24,000 bases of DNA from Aeromonas phage Aswh_1. The stretch's first letter is position 1; each line of letters begins with the position of its first letter. The notes beneath the pieces were generated by a model, which saw nothing but the letters and a program-made list of their open reading frames with translations, ran no database searches and was not told the origin of the DNA. The stretch lies in sequence record MH791414.1, one strand, 5' to 3'. Positions 1 to 5,901 of this stretch are shown one piece after another. The translations under genes were made by a program, and so were the position numbers.

Positions 1-487
1 CATATCTGGTATTGATGTACAACACAAGATCACCGATTTCTATAGAACGACCGTCGATGTCTTTTGCAGAGAGTTCCATCGATTCACGTTCTTTCTTCGG
101 GTCATACCGAACTAGAACTTCTTCGATTTTTTCACCCACATCCGGAATAATAACATAACAGGACCCGGACATTAACGTAAATTTAGGATTATTTTTCTTG
201 CCTACCCATTTTAGACGACCATTAACGTAATATTTTGAATTATATGACGTTTCTCTAGAATAAGTCCTCCAATATAGAGTTTTGTGATTATCAAATTCCC
301 CATCAACGGGTATGAATTTTGCAACACTACCCGTATAATCCCCACGAGTTACATAAATGTAACAATACCCATGTTGTTTTATGTGTTCAACAACCCTGAC
401 CATGTTTATGTATTCTTCACTTTCCAAAAGTGACGACTCGGTTCCGAAAAATGAACCATGTACGCCAAATTTCGTTATCTTTTCCAT
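1..487 (-). CDS. hypothetical protein, 5' part of a gene running off the left edge of the window; starts MEKITKFGVHGSFFGTESSLLESEEYINMVRVVEHIKQHG
   Basis: Absent from the ORF track, probably because there is no stop in the window. ATG at 487 overlaps the stop of the upstream gene (TAATG). The frame stays open to position 1 and ends ...DIDGRSIEIGDLVLYINTRY. Confidence 0.7.
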   Translation of the reverse strand, partial: MEKITKFGVHGSFFGTESSLLESEEYINMVRVVEHIKQHGYCYIYVTRGDYTGSVAKFIPVDGEFDNHKTLYWRTYSRETSYNSKYYVNGRLKWVGKKNNPKFTLMSGSCYVIIPDVGEKIEEVLVRYDPKKERESMELSAKDIDGRSIEIGDLVLYINTRY

Positions 488-822
488 TACATAGTTACCT
501 TTTCGATTACATCGAAAAATTCAGCATCGTTTGGAATCACCAACGAAATTTCGGGTTCTTCTGTATCAAAACATTGATATACCGGGTCGAAATAAAAATC
601 CCAGTTCTGGTCGATAGGTCCAAAAAAGAGGGTATATGGATCTTTCTCTTTTGGTGTGTTGCTACTGAAAGTGATTGTGATATTACACTTTTCGTAGTCT
701 GTGTTTTTGATATCATTCATAACTTCAGTATGATAATCAATCGCGTTGTATATAGATTTGATATGATCCAGTTTGTGTTGTTCAGATTTATATTTCAGAA
801 CTAACTTATGACGTCTCATCAT
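487..822 (-). CDS. hypothetical phage protein (111 aa)
   Basis: ORF track; tight start/stop overlaps with both neighbours on the same strand. Confidence 0.75.
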   Translation of the reverse strand: MMRRHKLVLKYKSEQHKLDHIKSIYNAIDYHTEVMNDIKNTDYEKCNITITFSSNTPKEKDPYTLFFGPIDQNWDFYFDPVYQCFDTEEPEISLVIPNDAEFFDVIEKVTM

Positions 823-1109
823 TTTTTAAATCCCAATTCTTTTATGTATTGATCCTTGACGTATTTGTCGAGGGTTTCATGATCGATACCATGCATAAAT
901 TGCTCTAATGATCCTGTAGAAAATATAACAAGATTATCAATAAAATGCAATGTATCTTGGAAATTTTTGTAAAGTTGACCTTTCGCCAAGCTTACAATGA
1001 ATTTTGATAAATTTTCTATATCTGGTTCCATATTGTGGATATAAATTTGCACAACCCTTCTGGATTGCGCTTTGTTTAATCTAAAATCACTCATTTGGAA
1101 TATATCCAT
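819..1109 (-). CDS. hypothetical phage protein (96 aa)
   Basis: ORF track; ATGA-type overlap with the gene ending at 487. Internal Met (MSDFRL) is an alternative start. Confidence 0.7.
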   Translation of the reverse strand: MDIFQMSDFRLNKAQSRRVVQIYIHNMEPDIENLSKFIVSLAKGQLYKNFQDTLHFIDNLVIFSTGSLEQFMHGIDHETLDKYVKDQYIKELGFKK

Positions 1110-1326
1110 GTTCGTCTAGCATTTTACATGCACTATATATCGTTAGCATATAAAATGCAACTTCAACCGGGATACCATGGACAGTTGTTTTATAAACAAC
1201 GTCTTTTAGCATACCGGGAAGATTGTTATCATAGATATCTTTTAGCGGGTCTTCCAAATGTTTTACTTGTGGATTAGCAGCCTTATATACGATATTGGTG
1301 ATGTTAGCAACTTCAGTCCATTTCAT
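1087..1326 (-). CDS. hypothetical phage protein (79 aa)
   Basis: ORF track; co-directional and tightly packed. Confidence 0.7.
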   Translation of the reverse strand: MKWTEVANITNIVYKAANPQVKHLEDPLKDIYDNNLPGMLKDVVYKTTVHGIPVEVAFYMLTIYSACKMLDEHGYIPNE

Positions 1327-1328
1327 AT

Positions 1329-1499
1329 TTAAATAATCTCCAAATCGGCATCCTGATGGATTTCTATGGGTTTACCGCAAAAATCACAAGTTGTCTTTTT
1401 TCCTCGCGGATCCACATACCAACAATCAATTTCTTTTTTGCAGTGTGGACATACCACATAAATACCAGACAATCTTACACCAACTTCAGTTACTTTCAT
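1329..1499 (-). CDS. zinc-ribbon microprotein (56 aa): MKVTEVGVRLSGIYVVCPHCKKEIDCWYVDPRGKKTTCDFCGKPIEIHQDADLEII
   Basis: Translated by hand; below the 60-aa track cutoff. ATG at 1499 overlaps the upstream stop (ATGA), and it fills the gap between neighbours exactly. CPHC...CDFC is a two-knuckle zinc-ribbon pattern. Confidence 0.75.
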   Translation of the reverse strand: MKVTEVGVRLSGIYVVCPHCKKEIDCWYVDPRGKKTTCDFCGKPIEIHQDADLEII

Positions 1500-1777
1500 T
1501 TTGTAAATCCTTCTTTCGATATTTTACTTAGCAATCTGTTGTGGTAATCATTGAAGTTGATGGAACCACAATCACCATTTGTAGGCCAGTCACATCGTAA
1601 GAAAAATTGAGACAAAATATCTAAGATCTCTTCTCTCTCCCACGTATCCAGTCCAAATTTAGTAATTCGAGACAACAACTTTGTCTCATTCCCATAGATA
1701 ATTTTAATCTTGTCAACTGGGATTGATACGTCTACGTATTTTTCTAACGTATCTGATATTTTTTGATATACAATCAT
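1496..1777 (-). CDS. hypothetical protein (93 aa), start revised from the 136-aa track ORF to MIVYQKISDTLEKYVDV
   Basis: The N-terminal 43 aa of the track ORF (MLVLIVVVELILVKCLL...) are an out-of-frame reading of a zinc-ribbon microprotein gene at 1779..1925. The ATG at 1777 directly follows that gene's stop. Confidence 0.65.
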   Translation of the reverse strand: MIVYQKISDTLEKYVDVSIPVDKIKIIYGNETKLLSRITKFGLDTWEREEILDILSQFFLRCDWPTNGDCGSINFNDYHNRLLSKISKEGFTK

Positions 1778-1778
1778 T

Positions 1779-1925
1779 TCAACACTCTTCGTTATCGCCA
1801 TCACCAACATAAAAATAATGACAGCAGTATTCGCAGTAAATACATTCGTTATTATCAATAAACACTTCACCAAAATCAACTCGACCACCACAATCAGGAC
1901 AAGCAATAATTTTATTGATATTCAT
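1779..1925 (-). CDS. zinc-ribbon microprotein (48 aa): MNINKIIACPDCGGRVDFGEVFIDNNECIYCEYCCHYFYVGDGDNEEC
   Basis: Hand translation. CPDCGG...CEYC motif; ATG overlaps the stop of the 193-aa gene (GTATGA); an AAAGGAG Shine-Dalgarno lies just upstream. Confidence 0.75.
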   Translation of the reverse strand: MNINKIIACPDCGGRVDFGEVFIDNNECIYCEYCCHYFYVGDGDNEEC

Positions 1926-2503
1926 ACAAACTCCTTTAATGTTTCAACCATAGCATACCCATGCCAAGTTACTTCTGCAAGATCTTTTTCATACGTTTTG
2001 ATGTTTTCTTTGGTGAACCAATATTCATTTCGGTCCTTCTCTAACACGTTGACCCCGACATTTTCAAGCCGCTCAAAATAGGTTTTGCAACAGAACGGAA
2101 TGAACCCACGTTTCAACCACACAACCCGACCGTCCATAATCGCAGAAGTGAAAACTTTGTTAATTCTCAATTCTTCACAAATTGCAACAGAACAGGCCAA
2201 CATTTCGTTAACTAATCCTTTACCTTTAAACTCATCACTGAGTACAAAGGTATCATGTTCAAAATACCCAGTATGAAGGTTGATACAACGGATCATACTG
2301 AGTTTACCAACACAGGACAAAGAAAATTCGTAGCTAGATCCTTCCTCTTTAGTGACAAGAAGTTCCATACGATGGCCCATCTCTGTACCAGAAATTTCTA
2401 TGGCTTTTGCCGCGAATTTCATAAAATGCTTGACAATTATGTTAACCATCTTGCATGGAACAAAGCCGTTTTCGTCATCATAGTTTTCGTATGTAACTTT
2501 CAT
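1922..2503 (-). CDS. putative GNAT-like N-acetyltransferase-fold protein (193 aa)
   Basis: Segment FVLSDEFKGKGLVNEMLACSVAICEELRINKVFTSAIMDGRVVWLKRGFIPF resembles the GNAT motif A acetyl-CoA loop (K/R-G-K/x-G) followed by the ...GF.PF segment. No database search done. Confidence 0.6.
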   Translation of the reverse strand: MKVTYENYDDENGFVPCKMVNIIVKHFMKFAAKAIEISGTEMGHRMELLVTKEEGSSYEFSLSCVGKLSMIRCINLHTGYFEHDTFVLSDEFKGKGLVNEMLACSVAICEELRINKVFTSAIMDGRVVWLKRGFIPFCCKTYFERLENVGVNVLEKDRNEYWFTKENIKTYEKDLAEVTWHGYAMVETLKEFV

Positions 2504-2533
2504 CGTACTACCTCGGAAAAGTTTATAACCACA

Positions 2534-2561
2534 ATTCTATACGAATGGTTTTTAAAGTCAA
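2534..2561 (-). promoter_or_regulatory. candidate sigma70-type promoter (TTGACT - 16 nt - TAGAAT) upstream of the 1922..2503 gene
   Basis: Minus strand reads TTGACTTTAAAAACCATTCGTATAGAAT; lies in the gap before the gene starting at 2503 and overlaps the stop codon of the 2558 gene. Confidence 0.4.
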
Positions 2562-2821
2562 CTATAATCGAATAAAAATTCTTTTACTTCGTCAGGTTTG
2601 AAAACCAAATCACCTTCAGTTTGAAAATACCAGTTGTTTGCATGACCTTGTTCCCAGTTCAAGGTAACAAGGAACACATCGTTATAATATGGCGGAGATC
2701 CCGGTTCTTTCGTTCGGATCACCAATTGAGCGTCGTATTCCATGTAAATGGATTCACACATGTATTCTCGAAACGGCTTCCATCCCAGAGAATCGTAATA
2801 TTCGATCATATCCATTATCAT
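2558..2821 (-). CDS. hypothetical phage protein (87 aa)
   Basis: ORF track; ATGA overlap with the upstream microprotein stop. Confidence 0.7.
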   Translation of the reverse strand: MIMDMIEYYDSLGWKPFREYMCESIYMEYDAQLVIRTKEPGSPPYYNDVFLVTLNWEQGHANNWYFQTEGDLVFKPDEVKEFLFDYS

Positions 2822-2931
2822 TCCTCTTCTTCTGTGCAGTATTCACACACATCATCGATACCCCCATCAAGGGCACCACCACATTCTGGACAAAAACACA
2901 CTGGTTGATAAATGATATCGATGATTTCCAT
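2818..2931 (-). CDS. zinc-ribbon microprotein (37 aa): MEIIDIIYQPVCFCPECGGALDGGIDDVCEYCTEEEE
   Basis: Hand translation. CPECGG...CEYC; stop overlaps the start of the 2558..2821 gene; fills the gap to the gene ending at 2934. Confidence 0.65.
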   Translation of the reverse strand: MEIIDIIYQPVCFCPECGGALDGGIDDVCEYCTEEEE

Positions 2932-2933
2932 AA

Positions 2934-3230
2934 CTATTTCCTCATTGACTTAATTAGTTCGATTATCTCTCGTTCACCGTCAGCTTGTTTGATCAGATTA
3001 TCCGCTTGCCAACGATAACTTGATTCCGTATCTACACAACGAGAATACACTTTAGAAAGCCACTGGTCAATACCTTTCTTGTAGGTTTTTTCATAATCGT
3101 TGCATTGGCCCAGTTCAATGAAATTTCCATCAATTTCTGTGACCAAGTGATATCGACCACAATAGACCACTGAGAAGCACCCGAGTTGGTCTATTGGTTT
3201 TGAGTGGTCCATATGCTGATAAATCTTCAT
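2934..3230 (-). CDS. hypothetical phage protein (98 aa)
   Basis: ORF track; overlap with the 3227 gene. Confidence 0.7.
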   Translation of the reverse strand: MKIYQHMDHSKPIDQLGCFSVVYCGRYHLVTEIDGNFIELGQCNDYEKTYKKGIDQWLSKVYSRCVDTESSYRWQADNLIKQADGEREIIELIKSMRK

Positions 3231-3532
3231 TCTTCAATAACCTCACAACACACGCGACCCTCGTTGATATCTTCTGGTATAAAAAGGTTCATTCCAGCAC
3301 CGTAATATTTCCCATTAAATTTTGTCCTTATCATCCCATCGGAATATGAATAGGTTTCAAGTTTTTTATCGGACTCGAAATCGTATTTCACACCAACACG
3401 GATATCTTGAAGGTAAGGAATGATAATTTTACATGATTCCAATTCTTCCTCATCAATAAACCGAATCATTTCTGCTTTTTGTTCTTCTGATGCAAACCAG
3501 ACTTTATAACTAAACATATCTATATCTAACAT
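3227..3532 (-). CDS. hypothetical phage protein (101 aa)
   Basis: ORF track; first gene downstream of the terminator at 3554..3573. Confidence 0.7.
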   Translation of the reverse strand: MLDIDMFSYKVWFASEEQKAEMIRFIDEEELESCKIIIPYLQDIRVGVKYDFESDKKLETYSYSDGMIRTKFNGKYYGAGMNLFIPEDINEGRVCCEVIEE

Positions 3533-3545
3533 ATTAATTCCTTAA

Positions 3546-3573
3546 AACGAAAAGGGAATCCCGAAGGATTCCC
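3546..3573 (-). terminator. rho-independent terminator with UUCG tetraloop
   Basis: Minus strand GGGAATCC-TTCG-GGATTCCC followed by TTTTCGTTTT; immediately after the stop of the 3583..4539 gene. Confidence 0.85.
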
Positions 3574-3582
3574 ATAAGTTTA

Positions 3583-4539
3583 TTATACTTCTCTAGCATT
3601 AGTCAATAGGTTTTGTGACTTTTGACGAGAGATTTGGTTTTTACGACCACGCCAATGTTTACCACAATCTGTACATTTGTACTGTTTGAATTTACTGACT
3701 TCAGTATATGCGAATCCAGCATCTTCAAATTCATGACTACCACAGGTACATGTGAATTTATCCGAATCTGTATACAGGGAGAAATTCGGGAGACGGTCAG
3801 ACCAAGGAGCCAATTTAATATAAAGCTCTTGAAGGGAAACAATATCATCAATATTGTAATCTTTCATTTCATCCCATGCTTCAAGATTCCCAGCCATACA
3901 TTCCTTCCAAAGCTCGAAACCGGGGAATTTATTATGTTTCGATTTTTTGGTTTCTGTGCATAGTTGGTCTGTCATGTATTCAAGCTTACGAGATGTAAAC
4001 CCAAATGTGCGTTTTGCGATCTCCATTGTATCGATGTGTCTGATACCAGAGAATGGTTTCATACCATGGATAATCATACGAGCGCGAATTTTTGGTACGT
4101 CGAATCGACGACCATTTTGATGGATAACAATATCGGCTTCATCAAGAAGTTCCCAAAGAACTTTAAGCATATTGGAATCATCGGTAATATCGTTTTCAGC
4201 TCTTTGATCCATGTAAATAATATCTTCGCTATCAAACCATTTTGCAGCAAAACTAAGCAAATGCCAATCTTGTTGAATTTGATTTAGACCTACGTTTTCT
4301 TTGAAAAGTCGCCATACGTTTGCGAGAATTGGTGCAGTTTCAATATCAAGAAGTAATACACGAGGACCAGTTTTGAGGTCATCGATAATATCGTTTTCCT
4401 TCATATATCGTTCATAGTAATAATTTACAGAAGATTTAGAGATACCTAGAGCCTTGGCAATAGACCGTGATCCCATCTTCTTATTTTCCTTCATGTCAAC
4501 GATTTGACCAATCAGGCTGTTATAATTCTTAACGGACAT
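3583..4539 (-). CDS. DnaQ/RNase H-fold 3'-5' exonuclease-like protein with N-terminal HTH and C-terminal zinc ribbon (318 aa)
   Basis: N-term MGSRSIAKALGISKSSVNYYYERY (HTH-like); exonuclease signatures LLLDIETAP, VIHQNGRRFDVPKI, YNIDDIVSLQELY; C-term CTCGSHEF...YKCTDCGKHW. Confidence 0.75.
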   Translation of the reverse strand: MSVKNYNSLIGQIVDMKENKKMGSRSIAKALGISKSSVNYYYERYMKENDIIDDLKTGPRVLLLDIETAPILANVWRLFKENVGLNQIQQDWHLLSFAAKWFDSEDIIYMDQRAENDITDDSNMLKVLWELLDEADIVIHQNGRRFDVPKIRARMIIHGMKPFSGIRHIDTMEIAKRTFGFTSRKLEYMTDQLCTETKKSKHNKFPGFELWKECMAGNLEAWDEMKDYNIDDIVSLQELYIKLAPWSDRLPNFSLYTDSDKFTCTCGSHEFEDAGFAYTEVSKFKQYKCTDCGKHWRGRKNQISRQKSQNLLTNAREV

Positions 4540-4569
4540 TCTTTATACCTTTCTTTTTGAATATGTATC

Positions 4570-4578
4570 ATTATAACA
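4570..4578 (-). promoter_or_regulatory. candidate extended -10 promoter (TGTTATAAT)
   Basis: Perfect TATAAT with TGn extension in the non-coding gap between rIIB and the exonuclease gene; the -35 is weak. Confidence 0.5.
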
Positions 4579-4604
4579 TAATGTCCTCATGTTCTGTATA
4601 ATAT

Positions 4605-4627
4605 AAAGGGGTTGAATACTCAACCCC
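4605..4627 (-). terminator. hairpin/terminator after rIIB
   Basis: Minus strand GGGGTTGA-GTAT-TCAACCCC then TTTATATTAT; 8-bp perfect stem, just after the rIIB stop (4649). Confidence 0.7.
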
Positions 4628-4648
4628 ACATCTCATTTACAACTATAT

Positions 4649-5893
4649 TTACCAGCAATTCCTTTGGTTAAACTCATGGCTGACATCTTCAATAACTTCG
4701 TATTTCCAAGTACGAAGTTTGGCATGGTCATATCCACGAGGAATAGCGACCACGTGTTCAGGATTAACCTTACACAGAATAACCCGGTCATGTGGGCAAT
4801 GGGAGTAATGCGGGATATAACTCTTAGCTGCCACATGGTAACCACTGGAACACTCATTATTTCGGTCTGGGTCTACTTCAAAAGGTAACATTTCTGGAAC
4901 CGACCCGATTGAGTTATCTACACTATTTGTATAGATATCCAAATAATCGTTGGTAACCCGCTTGTATGCAAGGAAGTGTCCGTCTTCGGTGATCTTGATG
5001 TCGTTATGCTTCAGGAAGTCGAAAAGCTCATATACGGCTTCACGGCGAGGATTACGAACAAGGTTCTTCAGGAATTCAACCAAGGTAGAAACATCTTGAC
5101 CGGCTTTCCAAGACTCTATAATTCTACGGGTCATATTGGTGTCCAGAACAACATCTTTATATGTCAGGATGTTACCCTCGATCTTGATATCCCCATTTAC
5201 ATAGTTTTCAATTGCTCGTTTGACGGAAATTAAACCAACCGCTTTTTCTACATCATTTTCATAAATCAGAACATTCCGAGCTTCTTCGAATTTAGGATGG
5301 CTAGAATCTGCGGTATAAGCTTCCCCATCAACATAGCAGTTAATGAAAGAATGTCCACAGTTCCAAGAACTCACGACTTCTTTTTTCGGTGGTTCAACTA
5401 CAATTTCAATTTCGACATATTCGGTCGGAGTTTCTTTCACAAGAACAGAAGCAACCGCCTTTTCGTGTTTTTTCTGGATACCCTTATGACGTCGAACTAC
5501 ATCACCAACCGTGGAACGGGGAATACCGGTTTGTCGAGAAATCTCATTTTGACTAAGACCGGATTCGTGGAGACGAATGATTTTTTGATCTCGGGTTTCT
5601 TCAACCGGTTTATTTTCAGCGAAATCAAAATTTGCCGCATAAAAAATATCAATAAGTTTAGCCGGGGTTATTTCTAGAAGTTCGTCAGATTCAGATTGGA
5701 ACAGCTTCATATCCGGAATATCGAAATCAAATTCCTCTTCTAGGATCATAACCAGTTCGATCACATCAAGTTCATCCAAACCAAGATCACCAAATGTGTC
5801 TGTAGGTTGAATAACATCTCGTTTTGTGAATCCAAATTCTTCAATCAATGCTTTATGAAACACTTCTGAAATATTTTCTTTCGTAATAATCAT
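4649..5893 (-). CDS. rIIB: rIIB-like protein with an additional N-terminal acyl-carrier-protein-like domain followed by HTH (start at MIITKENISEV)
   Basis: C-terminal two thirds match the T4 rIIB layout (VKRAIENYVNGDIKIEG..., FLKNLVRNPRREAVYELFDFLKHNDIKITEDGHFLAYK, GYHVAAKSYI, HAKLRTWKYEVIEDVSHEF). It lies immediately downstream of rIIA. The start at 5893 has GAGG 6 nt upstream; the track start is 5905. Confidence 0.93.
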   Translation of the reverse strand: MIITKENISEVFHKALIEEFGFTKRDVIQPTDTFGDLGLDELDVIELVMILEEEFDFDIPDMKLFQSESDELLEITPAKLIDIFYAANFDFAENKPVEETRDQKIIRLHESGLSQNEISRQTGIPRSTVGDVVRRHKGIQKKHEKAVASVLVKETPTEYVEIEIVVEPPKKEVVSSWNCGHSFINCYVDGEAYTADSSHPKFEEARNVLIYENDVEKAVGLISVKRAIENYVNGDIKIEGNILTYKDVVLDTNMTRRIIESWKAGQDVSTLVEFLKNLVRNPRREAVYELFDFLKHNDIKITEDGHFLAYKRVTNDYLDIYTNSVDNSIGSVPEMLPFEVDPDRNNECSSGYHVAAKSYIPHYSHCPHDRVILCKVNPEHVVAIPRGYDHAKLRTWKYEVIEDVSHEFNQRNCW

Positions 5894-5901
5894 TTTAATC
5901 C

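Noticed and set aside
430-804. 124-aa plus-strand ORF, and other plus-strand ORFs (for example 5297..5677, 6538..6882, 12443..12991, 13044..13460, 16470..16874, 20846..21235)
   Set aside because: All lie antisense to well-supported minus-strand genes. They have Phe/Ile/Ser-rich translations typical of the reverse complement of AT-rich coding DNA and no recognisable domains.
3582-3587. Perfect TATAAT overlapping the stop codon of the exonuclease gene
   Set aside because: It is followed within about 10 nt by a strong terminator and has no -35 at 16-18 nt (TTGACT is only 13 nt away), so probably coincidental.
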